Shown in pieces: positions 38,034 through 48,496 of a stretch of 64,000 nt of DNA. Positions within the stretch are counted from its first letter, which is position 1. The number at the start of each line of letters is the position of its first letter. The DNA comes from an uncultured Alphaproteobacteria bacterium (GTDB lineage: Bacteria > Pseudomonadota > Alphaproteobacteria > RF32 > CAG-239): positions 11,822 through 75,821 of the forward strand of contig CAKQTH010000002.1 in NCBI GenBank assembly GCA_934276635.1, read 5' to 3'. The notes under the pieces are model-generated. The model saw only the letters and a list, made by a program, of their open reading frames with translations, did no database searches and was not told where the DNA came from. Made by a program: the position numbers and the translations under genes.

Positions 38034-39836
38034 TTATTTATTAAAGTAGTTATGTATTTTTTCCGCTGTTTTTTTGCTGATGCCTTCAACTTTTTGCAAA
38101 TCTTTTACATCGGCCGAGGCAATTTGTTCGACCGAGCCGAAATAATTGAGCAGGTCTTTTTTGCGTTTTGCGCCTATTCCCTCAATTTCATCAATTTTGG
38201 ATTTATATACCGAATGAGCCCTTCTGCGGCGATGAGAACCGATTGCAAACCTGTGCGCCTCGTCCCGAAGATTTTGCATATAAAACGCGGCCGCTGAACG
38301 ATAAGGCAATGAAAATTCTTCTTTTCCTTTGATATAATAGTGTTCTTTTCCTGCGTTTCTGTCCGGTCCTTTGGCGATTGCCACAATCACAATCTGTGAC
38401 AAGTCATAATCTTTCAGTGCCTCGTGCACGGCATCAAGCTGTCCTCTTCCGCCGTCAAGCACGATTAAATCAGGTCTGTTTTGCGGCGTCATTTTTTCAA
38501 ATCTGCGCAACAAAACTTCTTTCATCATCGCAAAGTCGTCATTTGTAATTTTTTCATTTTTGATATTAAAAACCCGATACTGCGACTTGTTAAACCCGTT
38601 TTTGTCGGCCACAACCATCGCCCCGACCGCATACGAGCCCTGAAAATGAGAGTTGTCATAAATCTCTATTCTGTTCGGAATATCTTTTAGTCCGAATTTT
38701 TCTTTTATCTCTTGCAAAATCGTCAGATTTGAGGCATTTTCGGCAATTTTCTTTTCAAGCGATGACAGTGCGTTTTCTTTCGAGCGCATCAAAAGGTTAA
38801 ATTTCTTTCCTTTGGTATATGTGCAGATTTTTGTTCCCAATGCCTCGCTCAAAAAATCAGCCGACGGCAGCTCGCTCGGAACGACAATCTCTTGCGGAGT
38901 ATCGTTGTCGGCATAAAAACGGCTGATAAACGCTTCCAAAATTTCATCATCGGACATATCTTCCGTTTGTTTCGGAAAATACGGCAGATTTCCCATATTT
39001 TGCCCGCTGCGCACAAAAAATATCTGTATGCAAACCTGCGAGCCCAGCCGCGCGATACCGATAAAATCAGCCGATTTAATATCCGCATAGTCGACCGCGT
39101 TGCCCTGCTGAACAGAGGTCAGCGCGCGGATTCTGTCGCGCAGAACCATCGCCGTTTCAAAATCCAGATTTTCACTGGCAATTTCCATTTTCTGCGCCAA
39201 ATCTTTTTGCAAATTCGTACTTTTTCCTTCAATAAAATTGATGGCGTCATGCACCAGTTTTGCATAGTCTTTTTCAGATATATCTCCGCAGCACGGTGCG
39301 CTACATCTTTTTATCTGATAAAGCAGACAAGGTCTGCTCCTCGTTTTGAAATTTGCATCGCTGCACGAGCGCAGCAAAAACGACTTTTGCATAATTTTTA
39401 GGGTTTCATTCAGCGCTCTTGCGTCGGCAAATGGCCCGAAATATTTGTTGTGCGGATTTCTTTTTCCTCTGAATTTTCGCAGCATCGGAAAATCTGTCTG
39501 TAAATCCAGCTCAAGCGACGGAAAACTCTTGTCGTCTTTTAGCAAGATATTGTATTTCGGCTCAAATTTTTTGATATATTCATTTTCGAGCAAAAGCGCC
39601 TGAGCTTCGTTTTCAACAACCACAAACTCCATTTTGCAAATTTGCGCGACCATCTGCTGCAAACGAACCGGAAGTTTATTCAAACGGGAATATGCAACGA
39701 TTCTTTTTTTGATATTTTTTGCTTTGCCGACATAAAGAACTACCTCGTTTTCATCAATCATTCGATAAACGCCGGGTCGTTCGGGAGCGTTTTTGATATT
39801 TTGGCGCAAAACTTCAAGTCCGAGCCGAATATTCAT
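38034..39836 (-). CDS. uvrC: excinuclease ABC subunit C
   Basis: GIY-YIG N-terminus (GVYRMIDENEVVLYVGKAKNIKKR), a UvrBC-interaction region and a C-terminal HhH. 600 aa. Confidence 0.95.
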   Translation of the reverse strand: MNIRLGLEVLRQNIKNAPERPGVYRMIDENEVVLYVGKAKNIKKRIVAYSRLNKLPVRLQQMVAQICKMEFVVVENEAQALLLENEYIKKFEPKYNILLKDDKSFPSLELDLQTDFPMLRKFRGKRNPHNKYFGPFADARALNETLKIMQKSFLLRSCSDANFKTRSRPCLLYQIKRCSAPCCGDISEKDYAKLVHDAINFIEGKSTNLQKDLAQKMEIASENLDFETAMVLRDRIRALTSVQQGNAVDYADIKSADFIGIARLGSQVCIQIFFVRSGQNMGNLPYFPKQTEDMSDDEILEAFISRFYADNDTPQEIVVPSELPSADFLSEALGTKICTYTKGKKFNLLMRSKENALSSLEKKIAENASNLTILQEIKEKFGLKDIPNRIEIYDNSHFQGSYAVGAMVVADKNGFNKSQYRVFNIKNEKITNDDFAMMKEVLLRRFEKMTPQNRPDLIVLDGGRGQLDAVHEALKDYDLSQIVIVAIAKGPDRNAGKEHYYIKGKEEFSLPYRSAAAFYMQNLRDEAHRFAIGSHRRRRAHSVYKSKIDEIEGIGAKRKKDLLNYFGSVEQIASADVKDLQKVEGISKKTAEKIHNYFNK

Positions 39837-39839
39837 ATT

Positions 39840-40160
39840 TTATCCCACAGCAAGCATATAAATAAATGAAATAGCCAGAATATTGGCCACAAAAAACATT
39901 GCGCTGTATCCGAGAACTCTGAGCAAATTGTCCTGCCAGTCGATATCATCGCTGTTTTCTTTGTATGTCCGCTTAAACGAAAATACATATATGGCAACCA
40001 GTGCAAACACCATTGTATAAAAATGATAATTGCAATATATGGCCTTTATCTGTTCCGGCTTAAGCTCAGCGCCGAAATACAGGCCGAGTACAATCCCGAC
40101 CAAAACCTGCGGTGCCAAAATCAATCCTGAAGAAAAAAGTGCAATTATGCCTTTTATCAT
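39840..40160 (-). CDS. small membrane protein, 106 aa
   Basis: Three hydrophobic helices. The stop overlaps the upstream gene by 4 nt, which suggests an operon. Confidence 0.45.
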   Translation of the reverse strand: MIKGIIALFSSGLILAPQVLVGIVLGLYFGAELKPEQIKAIYCNYHFYTMVFALVAIYVFSFKRTYKENSDDIDWQDNLLRVLGYSAMFFVANILAISFIYMLAVG

Positions 40161-41155
40161 TGCTGTTCCGCCTTTCTCTTATATTTCCAATGTTTTTTCA
40201 AAATATTGCGATAGTGTATACCGAGCGCGGCTTCATATGTAAACAGCATAATTGACGACACCAACAGCGGCAACAGATAATATATCACACGATAAGCTAT
40301 AAGCGCGCCGAAAACCTGAACAGTGGAGGTCTGTCCGGCCGGAAGAATATACAAAAACAATCCTTCAAAAATTCCGAGTCCGCCCGGAACCTGGCTAAAA
40401 ACGCCAAGAACCTGCGCAATAATAAACACGCCGATAAATGTATCAAACGGAATGTCAACAAATCCGGTCAACGAAAAATAAAGCACCAACGACGCCATCA
40501 GAATATCGGCCGCCCCGACAAACACCTGCTCCAGCGCCATTTTGATATTCGGCATCGTAAAATCTATCCCTTTTATCATAATCGGCTTTTTATAAAAAAT
40601 ACTGGCACCGAGATAAAGCGTCAAACCGATGGCAGAGCAAATTGTGGTAATGGTTGTCGCCACCTTGGAAACTCCGCCTTCGCCGAACGCATGATCAGGG
40701 GTCAGAATATATCCAACCACAATCAAAAAGAAACAGGCGACAAGATATGTAAAACCAGAAAATGTAACCATTCTGACAATTTCGGTAGCATGAAAGCGCC
40801 ATCTGGTATAAAGCCGATAGCGGATTGCCCCGCCGGAAACAATGGCGTGTCCGGCATTATTGCTGACCGAAAATCCTATAAATCCGGCAAAAATCCACTT
40901 CCACGGCGCGAGCTTTTTGCCGATATAACGGATTGCCAAAAAGTCATACGACGACAAAGCGACATATCCGCAAAACGAGGCTATGCATGCATACATCAGG
41001 TTTTTGTGCGGAATGCTGAACAAAGCTTGTTTAATTTCGGCAAACTGATATTTTGAAAGTTGATGATACAGGGCATATGCCGCCACTGCAAAAAAGAACA
41101 CTCCCGCCCACGATACCAATTTCTTAAAAAAACGCTTTACTTTCACTTTTTTCAC
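40157..41155 (-). CDS. MprF-like flippase-domain membrane protein (UPF0104 / lysyl-phosphatidylglycerol synthase TM region family)
   Basis: 332 aa with about 8 TMs. The N-terminus KKLVSWAGVFFFAVAAYALYHQL...IASFCGYVALSSYDFLAIRYIGKKL is typical of this family. Confidence 0.55.
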   Translation of the reverse strand: MKKVKVKRFFKKLVSWAGVFFFAVAAYALYHQLSKYQFAEIKQALFSIPHKNLMYACIASFCGYVALSSYDFLAIRYIGKKLAPWKWIFAGFIGFSVSNNAGHAIVSGGAIRYRLYTRWRFHATEIVRMVTFSGFTYLVACFFLIVVGYILTPDHAFGEGGVSKVATTITTICSAIGLTLYLGASIFYKKPIMIKGIDFTMPNIKMALEQVFVGAADILMASLVLYFSLTGFVDIPFDTFIGVFIIAQVLGVFSQVPGGLGIFEGLFLYILPAGQTSTVQVFGALIAYRVIYYLLPLLVSSIMLFTYEAALGIHYRNILKKHWKYKRKAEQQ

Positions 41156-41212
41156 CTATTTTAATTGCAACATTTTCGACTTTCGCCACCATATCGGCAA
41201 AAGCTTAATATT

Positions 41213-42400
41213 TTATTTCTTTTTCATATTATCGTCCACATAGCGGCGAATATTATTGCTGAAGGTTTTGCGGGCATATTGCGTCAGCTCAGACGGCGTC
41301 GGCTTAAAGTTTTCAGCCTGCGGCTGAGCCTGCATAATTTCTTCGGGTTTCAGCTTGGATTCCAGCTCATCGCGGCGGGAAGACGCTGTTTTGTCACCCA
41401 TCACCGATGCCACGCTGTACATTACATACGCCGTATACTGGTCGGTCAGAATAGATCTTTCCTGCGCCAAAAGATCGGCCGTCAGCATAATTGCGGAAAG
41501 ATTTCCCTGATTTGCCGACCACATCAGATATTTTCGGGCATTGGCATAGTTTTTCGCAATCCCGATGCCGTGCAGATACATATATCCCATAATATATTGC
41601 GCCTCATCAAAATCTTTGTCGGCAACTTCTTTTATCAGGACTGCGGCCTTATTTTCGTCTTTTTTGATACCGAATCCTCTGTAATACGCATACCCGAGCA
41701 TATATTTTGCAATCGGGCTGCCTGCTTCCGCCGCCTGTTTGAACAGTTGCACCGCGTGAGGCGCGTTTGATGAGGCGTTTCTGCCTGAAAGATATATAAA
41801 TCCGAGATTGAGCGCCGCTTCCGAATTTCCGACCGCCGCAGCTTTTTCAAACAGTTCTATTGCTTTTTGATAATTTACTGGAACGCCGATTCCGTTAAAA
41901 TAAAGGCTGCCGAGATTATTCAGGGCAATCGGGTCGTTTTGCGTCGCCGCCATCTGATAATATTTGAACGCTTTGTCATAATCGACTTCAACGCCTTTTT
42001 TGCCGTAAAGATACATATATCCGAGAGCTTTTTGGGTTTTCAAATCTCCAGCTTCGGCTTTTTTCGACAATCTGTCAACAAAACTTTCTTGAGTTTCTTC
42101 AGTCTCTTTTTTTACATCGGCAACTTCTTCGGCCGGCGCTTCGTCGCTTGACCAAAATCCGAAATTAAAGAAAGAAAAAAAGCCTTTTTTATCCTTATTT
42201 TCATCAACTTTTTCTTCTTCCTGCTCCGTTGTTTCTTCTCCCAAAAGAGCAGACGCCGCATTTGTATTTTCGTCGGTCGGGCGCCTGCCGATATCCTGTC
42301 CGATATCAAGCACGACCTGAGCGTTGGCATATCCGGCTCCGAGCATTATCACAGCTGCAAGAATAAGCAAATTTTTCATTTTTTTCGTCCCATATTTCAT
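41213..42400 (-). CDS. secreted Sel1-like repeat (SLR/TPR) protein
   Basis: Signal peptide. Repeated motifs A.LG..Y..G.GV..D...A...F.KAA (e.g. ALNNLGSLYFNGIGVPVNYQKAIELFEKAA). Confidence 0.75.
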   Translation of the reverse strand: MKYGTKKMKNLLILAAVIMLGAGYANAQVVLDIGQDIGRRPTDENTNAASALLGEETTEQEEEKVDENKDKKGFFSFFNFGFWSSDEAPAEEVADVKKETEETQESFVDRLSKKAEAGDLKTQKALGYMYLYGKKGVEVDYDKAFKYYQMAATQNDPIALNNLGSLYFNGIGVPVNYQKAIELFEKAAAVGNSEAALNLGFIYLSGRNASSNAPHAVQLFKQAAEAGSPIAKYMLGYAYYRGFGIKKDENKAAVLIKEVADKDFDEAQYIMGYMYLHGIGIAKNYANARKYLMWSANQGNLSAIMLTADLLAQERSILTDQYTAYVMYSVASVMGDKTASSRRDELESKLKPEEIMQAQPQAENFKPTPSELTQYARKTFSNNIRRYVDDNMKKK

Positions 42401-42503
42401 ATTTTTATGTTTTGCGTGATAATATTATAAAAAAATATTGCTTGCAAGATTAAAATATCTAAATAGTATAAGCGCGAAACAAGATTTTTTTAAGGGGTGA
42501 AAA

Positions 42504-44315
42504 ATGGCAGAGGCGCCGATTTTTACAATCAAAAATGCAAGCGTTACTTTCGGCATAAAGCAGTTGTTTTGCAATATTGAAATGTATATCAACCGAGGCG
42601 ACAAAATTGCGCTTGTCGGGCGCAACGGCTCGGGAAAGTCCACTCTGCTCAAAGTTATCGCCCGCAAGATAGAAGCCGATGATGCCGTATATTTTGTTCA
42701 GCCGGCAACCAAAATTTCTTATATGCCGCAGGAACAGGATTTTTCGCAATACGCAACTTTACGCGATGTGGTGATCTCGGGACTCAAAGACAAAAATCCC
42801 GAAAATGAATATAAGGCGGATATTCTGATTGAACAGCTTGAAATTCTGCAAAAGCAATCTCCGAAAACCGCATCGGGCGGAGAGCTCAAAAAAGCTGCTT
42901 TGGCAAAGGCTCTTATCAGCGAGCCGGATATTCTGCTGCTTGACGAGCCGACAAACCATTTGGATATCAAAACTATTGAAAAACTTGAAAAATTTATTAT
43001 CGATTTTCCGGGAGCCGTAATTCTTATAAGCCACGACCGCACATTTTTGGAACATACTTCAAAAACGACCATTTGGCTTGACCGCGGAACTCTGCGCCGC
43101 AACAATAAAGGCTTTGCATTTTTTGAACAATGGCAGGAACAGGTAATCGAACAAGAAATTATCGAGCAAAAATACCTTAATAAAAAACTTGAAGAAGAAA
43201 CCGAATGGCTACACAAAGGCGTTACTGCGCGCCGCAAGCGCAATCAGGGAAGACTGCGCCGTTTGATTGCCCTGCGTGCCGAAAGAAAAGAGCAAATCAA
43301 GCAAATCGGCTCGGTTAATCTGGAAGTTCAGGAAGGAGCTCTGCGCTCCAAAATGGTGGTTGAGGCAAAACACATTTCAAAAGCTTTCGGCAACCGCGAT
43401 ATTGTCAAAGATTTTTCGATTCGCATCATTAAAGGAAACAAAATCGGCATTGTCGGCCCGAACGGAGCCGGCAAAACAACTTTGGTCAAAATGCTCTGCA
43501 AAAAACTTGAACCGGACAGCGGTTCGGTCAGAATGGCAAAAAATCTGGAAGAAGCATATTTTGAACAAAACAGAATCTCTCTCGACCCGAAAAAAACTTT
43601 GTGGAAAACGCTTTGCGCCGAAGGAGACCACATTTGGGTACGCGGGCATTTCCGCCATGTCGTCGCTTATCTGAAAGACTTTTTGTTTAAGCCGGAACAG
43701 GCACAGTGTCCAGTTTCGGCACTTTCGGGCGGAGAAAAGAATCGGCTAATGCTGGCATTGATTTTGGCTCGTCCGTCAAACTTTTTGGTTTTGGACGAAC
43801 CGACCAACGATTTGGATATGGACACTCTCGACCTTTTGCAAGAGGTTTTGAGCGAATATGAAGGAACCGTGCTGATTGTCAGCCACGACCGCGATTTTTT
43901 GGACAAGGTCACAACCTCGCTGATTTATATGTCGGGCAACGGCATAACCGAAGAATTTGTCGGCTCATATTCCGAACTTTTGGCAAAGCAACAGGAAAAA
44001 GAGGAACGACAGGCCCTGTCGCAAAAAAGCAAACCTGCGCCAAAAAAAGAATCAACGGAACAACCGCAAAAGAAAAAAACAAAACTTTCTTATAACGAAC
44101 AGCGGCTGCTTGAAGTTTTGCCAAAGCAAATCAGCGATGCCGAAGGAAAAATCAAAAAAATCGAATCGGAACTTTCGGACCCGATGCTGTATACAAACGA
44201 TCCGGCAAAATTCAGCGCGCTGACAGATGAGCTTTCATCGCTCAAAGACAAGGTTGACGAATACGAAACAAAATGGCTCGAAATCAATATGATAGCCGAG
44301 CAGATAAACAGTTAA
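42504..44315 (+). CDS. ABC-F family ATPase (Uup-like; two ABC domains plus a C-terminal coiled coil)
   Basis: Two Walker A sites (GRNGSGKST, GPNGAGKTT) and two LSGGE signature motifs, with no TMs. 603 aa. Confidence 0.85.
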   Translation: MAEAPIFTIKNASVTFGIKQLFCNIEMYINRGDKIALVGRNGSGKSTLLKVIARKIEADDAVYFVQPATKISYMPQEQDFSQYATLRDVVISGLKDKNPENEYKADILIEQLEILQKQSPKTASGGELKKAALAKALISEPDILLLDEPTNHLDIKTIEKLEKFIIDFPGAVILISHDRTFLEHTSKTTIWLDRGTLRRNNKGFAFFEQWQEQVIEQEIIEQKYLNKKLEEETEWLHKGVTARRKRNQGRLRRLIALRAERKEQIKQIGSVNLEVQEGALRSKMVVEAKHISKAFGNRDIVKDFSIRIIKGNKIGIVGPNGAGKTTLVKMLCKKLEPDSGSVRMAKNLEEAYFEQNRISLDPKKTLWKTLCAEGDHIWVRGHFRHVVAYLKDFLFKPEQAQCPVSALSGGEKNRLMLALILARPSNFLVLDEPTNDLDMDTLDLLQEVLSEYEGTVLIVSHDRDFLDKVTTSLIYMSGNGITEEFVGSYSELLAKQQEKEERQALSQKSKPAPKKESTEQPQKKKTKLSYNEQRLLEVLPKQISDAEGKIKKIESELSDPMLYTNDPAKFSALTDELSSLKDKVDEYETKWLEINMIAEQINS

Positions 44316-44387
44316 TATTTTTAATAACATTTTAACTTATTTGCGTTATTCAATATACGATTCGAATAAAATCCTAGGAGAATATTT

Positions 44388-44975
44388 ATGAACAAAAAAT
44401 TTTTAGCTACTGCTTCAGCCTTAGCTTTGATTTTGGGTTTTTCATCGGTTGCCAATGCAGGTTGTGACGGAATTTATCTGGCAGGCCGCGGCGGTGTCGT
44501 AAAACACAAAATTGATGCAAGTATTTTGAACGCAGGGAAAAAGATGGACGACAACCAGTTGATGCTTTCAGGCGCGCTCGGTTATCGTTACGGCTATTTC
44601 CGTACAGAACTCGAATATGTATGGCGCGATTCTTCTTCTGTCAGAGTTGATGAGGCTCGTGATGAATTTGAAAGCTCGTCATATATGTGGAATGTATATT
44701 GGGATTTGTCTCCGTACACATGGTTCACTCCGTATTTTTCTGCCGGTATCGGATTTTCAAAACTTGAATTTTCGGCACACTCCGGCGGCTTGGCTCCGTT
44801 CACAAAATCATGGGATACAACAAAATTCACATGGTCTTTGGGCGGCGGTATTTCAGCTCAGGTTACAAACCGCTTTAATATTGATGTCGGGTACAGATAT
44901 TATAACCTCGGCAGCATCAAAGGCGCTGATATCGATGCATATGAAATCTACGGCGGTCTCCGCTATGTATTTTAG
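44388..44975 (+). CDS. small outer-membrane beta-barrel protein (OmpA-like / Omp25-type)
   Basis: Signal peptide MNKKFLATASALALILGFSSVANA. Alternating hydrophobic beta pattern. C-terminal ...YGGLRYVF. Confidence 0.65.
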   Translation: MNKKFLATASALALILGFSSVANAGCDGIYLAGRGGVVKHKIDASILNAGKKMDDNQLMLSGALGYRYGYFRTELEYVWRDSSSVRVDEARDEFESSSYMWNVYWDLSPYTWFTPYFSAGIGFSKLEFSAHSGGLAPFTKSWDTTKFTWSLGGGISAQVTNRFNIDVGYRYYNLGSIKGADIDAYEIYGGLRYVF

Positions 44976-45000
44976 GCATTTTTCTTTCGAGGAAGAGAAA

Positions 45001-45028
45001 GGGTCTGCATTTTGCAGACTCTTTTTTT
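45001..45028 (+). terminator. rho-independent terminator
   Basis: GGTCTGCA-ttt-TGCAGACT followed by a T7 run. Confidence 0.65.
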
Positions 45029-45117
45029 GTTTATAACAGACGGTTTAATTTTTGTTGACATAAAAGGCAAATTGTGCAATACTGACAATGTTATTAAATT
45101 ATTGTTTTTATTAAAAT

Positions 45118-45423
45118 TTGTCTATTATGTTGAATTTTTTGTTTGGCTTTTTCGCCATTTGTTTTTTATACGGTGTACTTAAAGTCATTCTCCATACTTC
45201 TTTGATATCTTCTATCCTCGGTTTTCTGGGTGATATTATCGGAAGTTTGGTTTGCGGCGGTTTTGTATTGGGCTCGATTTGTTGGGGAATTATAGCATTC
45301 TTTCAGCACACTTGGGTTCCTATGCTTTTCGGCCACAATGCATTTCTTATCGGTGCACTTTGCGGAATGGCCATTGTGATAATATTTTCGACAGTTAATT
45401 TTGTTAAAAATGTTTTCGCTTGA
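45118..45423 (+). CDS. small hydrophobic membrane protein, 101 aa
   Basis: Three predicted TM helices. No family recognised. Confidence 0.35.
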   Translation: MSIMLNFLFGFFAICFLYGVLKVILHTSLISSILGFLGDIIGSLVCGGFVLGSICWGIIAFFQHTWVPMLFGHNAFLIGALCGMAIVIIFSTVNFVKNVFA

Positions 45424-45535
45424 GAGTTAGATTTTCAAATCTAACTCTTTTTTTGTAAATCTTAATCGAATATTTAATATTGTGTGGTATCACAAGGTCA
45501 AAACTGTGTAACAAATCTTTTTAAGAGGAATCGTA

Positions 45536-46273
45536 ATGGAAACTCAAGCTTTGGCAGATGCCGCAAATCAACTTTCAATGTGGGATATGGTCTGGGATTC
45601 GGATATGGTCACCAAAGTGGTGATGATCGGGCTTATCGCCGCCTCTCTTTGGTCTTGGGCAATCATATTCGAAAAAATTTCCATACTTCGTCAGGTTAAA
45701 AATCTTTCCAAAAATTTTGAAGAAAAATTTTGGTCAGGCGGCTCGCTCGACAGACTGTTCGAAACAATCGGCAACCACCCGCGCGACCCGATGTCTTCTA
45801 TGTTTGTGGCCGCAATGAAAGAGTGGAAACGCACAAATATCATGAAGTCTAAAACAGACCGCGGACTGCGCGGAGTTTCGCTCCAACAGCGCATAGAAAA
45901 AGCAATGATGGTTTCTATGGATAAGGAACTTGACGAGCTTGATACCCGTTTGGGATTTTTGGCTTCCACCGGCTCGATTGCTCCGCTGGTAGGCCTGTTC
46001 GGAACGGTTTGGGGCATCATCAACAGCTTTAATGCCATCGCCGTTTCGCAAAGCAACTCGCTGGCCGCCATGGCTCCGGGTATTGCCGAGGCTCTGTTTA
46101 CGACCGCATTCGGATTAATTGCCGCGATTCCGGCCGTTGTCGCCTACAATATGTTCACCAGCGACATTGACCGTTATGCCAAAAAGCTCGAAAACTTTAT
46201 GGCAGAATTTTCAAGCATTCTGTCGCGCGAAATTGACGACACAACCATAAAGGCCGAAATGGCGGGAGAATAG
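45536..46273 (+). CDS. tolQ: MotA/TolQ/ExbB family proton channel
   Basis: Three TMs and the conserved LGLLGTVWGI-type motif (GLFGTVWGIINSF). Confidence 0.8.
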   Translation: METQALADAANQLSMWDMVWDSDMVTKVVMIGLIAASLWSWAIIFEKISILRQVKNLSKNFEEKFWSGGSLDRLFETIGNHPRDPMSSMFVAAMKEWKRTNIMKSKTDRGLRGVSLQQRIEKAMMVSMDKELDELDTRLGFLASTGSIAPLVGLFGTVWGIINSFNAIAVSQSNSLAAMAPGIAEALFTTAFGLIAAIPAVVAYNMFTSDIDRYAKKLENFMAEFSSILSREIDDTTIKAEMAGE

Positions 46274-46276
46274 CCG

Positions 46277-46702
46277 ATGCTGCAAAGAATAAACCGCCGT
46301 GCATATCGCCGCAAAGCAGATATCAACATCACAAATCTGATGGATATTATGATGGTTCTGCTGGTGGTGTTTATGGTCGCCGCGCCGCTGATGACCTCCG
46401 GCATTGCGCTGAATCTGCCGAAAGTCGGCGGAAAAGCCATTGAGGGGGGAGAAACCTCAATTAATGTCAGTGTTGACAAAGAAGGTTATTATTACATCGG
46501 CGAAACGCAAATTCCGCAAGAAAAAATCGTGGCAAAATTACAGGCCATCAGAGGCGAAAATTCTGAGCTCAGCGTTACGATTTCCGGCGATACCGGCGCT
46601 GAATACGGCAGGGTTATCGGCCTTATGGCTTTGCTTAAAGAAGCAGGATTCGAAAAAGTCGGGCTGAAAACTTTGAGCCGCCCCGCAACAAGGAAAAAAT
46701 AG
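46277..46702 (+). CDS. tolR: TolR/ExbD family protein
   Basis: N-terminal TM (INITNLMDIMMVLLVVFMV) and a conserved periplasmic domain. Confidence 0.8.
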   Translation: MLQRINRRAYRRKADINITNLMDIMMVLLVVFMVAAPLMTSGIALNLPKVGGKAIEGGETSINVSVDKEGYYYIGETQIPQEKIVAKLQAIRGENSELSVTISGDTGAEYGRVIGLMALLKEAGFEKVGLKTLSRPATRKK

Positions 46703-46707
46703 CCGCT

Positions 46708-47697
46708 ATGAAACGCTCATATCTGTACAGATCAATCGCTCTTCATCTGGCCGCCCTCTTGGTGGTTCTGATTGATTTGCCCGATTTCGGTAGGCACAAG
46801 CTTGAAATTGGACAGACTCCGATTATTGTCGATTTGAGCAAAGTAAAAATTTCAGAGATGACCAACCTGCCGCCAAAGGCAGAAATCGGCGAAAAAACAC
46901 AAAAAGCGACTGCTGTAAAACCGGTTGAAAGATACACTACAGAAGAAAAGCATGAGCCGGCTCCTTCTGTTGAAGAAAAACCGCAAAAACTTGCCGGCGA
47001 CAATTTGATTGAAGACGCAAAAGAGCCGCAAAAAAAGCCTGCCGCTCCGACTAAAAAGCCGGTGCAAAAGCCTCTGCCGCCAAAGCCTTCACGCAAGCCG
47101 ACGCCGCCATCGCAGCCGAAACCGAAGCCGACTCCGGCACCGAAACCACAAGCTAAGCCTGAGCTCTCAAAAGACAGGACCCCGCCCGTAAAAGCGGCCG
47201 AAAGCAAAACACCGCAGCCGAACACCATTACCAATCCGCTGAAAAGCCTGATGGATTCGGTTGATGCTCTCAAGGCTCAAGCCGGAGAAGAGAATCGCTC
47301 GGCGACCATTGCCAAAGGCGAAAATGTGGCTAATATGGGCATTGAAGGCGGCACCGACGGCTCTTATTATTCTGAACTTTCAATTTCTGAAACCGACGCG
47401 ATTGCAAGCCGTTTACGCCAATGCTGGAATTTTGATGCCGGAACTCTCGGCATTAAGGAAATGATTGTGGAAATCAGGGCATATCTCAATCAGGATGGCA
47501 GCGTGCGCGATGTCAAAATTTTGGATACTTCGCGTTATAACAGCGATTCGCACTTCAGAGCCGTTGCCGAAAGCGCCCGCCGCGCCGTATATACCTGCCA
47601 ACCATATACGATTTTTGCCGAAAAATATGCCAATCATTATGATTCGTGGAAAACGATGAAACTCCGCTTTAATCCGCTGAGCGGAAATATCAACTAA
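46708..47697 (+). CDS. TolA/TonB-family protein (N-terminal TM, Pro/Lys-rich spacer, C-terminal TolA/TonB-like domain)
   Basis: TM at the N-terminus, (K/P)-rich repeats PKPSRKPTPPSQPKPKPTPAPKPQAKP, and a globular C-domain. No tolB or pal follows it. Confidence 0.6.
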   Translation: MKRSYLYRSIALHLAALLVVLIDLPDFGRHKLEIGQTPIIVDLSKVKISEMTNLPPKAEIGEKTQKATAVKPVERYTTEEKHEPAPSVEEKPQKLAGDNLIEDAKEPQKKPAAPTKKPVQKPLPPKPSRKPTPPSQPKPKPTPAPKPQAKPELSKDRTPPVKAAESKTPQPNTITNPLKSLMDSVDALKAQAGEENRSATIAKGENVANMGIEGGTDGSYYSELSISETDAIASRLRQCWNFDAGTLGIKEMIVEIRAYLNQDGSVRDVKILDTSRYNSDSHFRAVAESARRAVYTCQPYTIFAEKYANHYDSWKTMKLRFNPLSGNIN

Positions 47698-48491
47698 ATC
47701 TTTATCTGCTCAATTTTTGTTGCCAGTCCGGTTTTGTCGTCCGTTTCAACAAAAATTGCAAACAATGTGCCGTTTCCGTTGGCCGGAGCAAGCCTGTCGC
47801 CGTTGAATTTTCTGAGCAGGCGGCTTATCGGGGCTTTGGTGTCAAAACCAAGTACCGAATTATAATCCCCGCACATTCCGACATCAGTAATATATGCCGT
47901 TCCGTTCGGCAAAATCCGTGCATCTGCAGTCGGGACATGCGTGTGCGTTCCGGCCACAACCGAAACTCGGCCGTCAAGATAATATCCGACAGAAAGTTTT
48001 TCGGAAGTCGCCTCGGCGTGTATATCAACCAAAATGGCGCTGATATTGCCTCCGAGCCGATATTGAGCCAGCAGTTTGTCGGCTGCTGCCGCCGGACAAT
48101 CAACCGCCTCCATAAACAAGCGGCCCAAAAGCTGCATAATCAGAATTTTTTTGCCGTTCGGGAGCTCGATTTCACAAGAGCCGCGGCCGGGAAGCCCCGC
48201 CGGATAATTCAGCGGGCGGACAATAACTTTACACTCGTCAAGATACGGAACAATTTCGCGTTTGTCCCATGTATGATTTCCCATCACCAGCGCATCTGCC
48301 CCGTGGTCAAGCATTTCTCTGCAAATTTGCGGTGTTGCGCCAAAACCATGCGCCGCGTTTTCCACATTGACCGCAATCACATCGGCTTTATATTCAGAAC
48401 GCAAAAAATTAAGATTTTTAAGAACGGCATCTCTGCCAGCGCGTCCGACGACATCTCCGCAATATATAATTTTCAAAGCTTTTTCCTTCAC
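47694..48491 (-). CDS. YmdB-family metallophosphoesterase (TIGR00282)
   Basis: The N-terminus IIYCGDVVGRAGRDAV...VIAVNVENAAHGFG is typical of this family. Confidence 0.75.
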   Translation of the reverse strand: MKEKALKIIYCGDVVGRAGRDAVLKNLNFLRSEYKADVIAVNVENAAHGFGATPQICREMLDHGADALVMGNHTWDKREIVPYLDECKVIVRPLNYPAGLPGRGSCEIELPNGKKILIMQLLGRLFMEAVDCPAAAADKLLAQYRLGGNISAILVDIHAEATSEKLSVGYYLDGRVSVVAGTHTHVPTADARILPNGTAYITDVGMCGDYNSVLGFDTKAPISRLLRKFNGDRLAPANGNGTLFAIFVETDDKTGLATKIEQIKI

Positions 48492-48496
48492 AAAAA

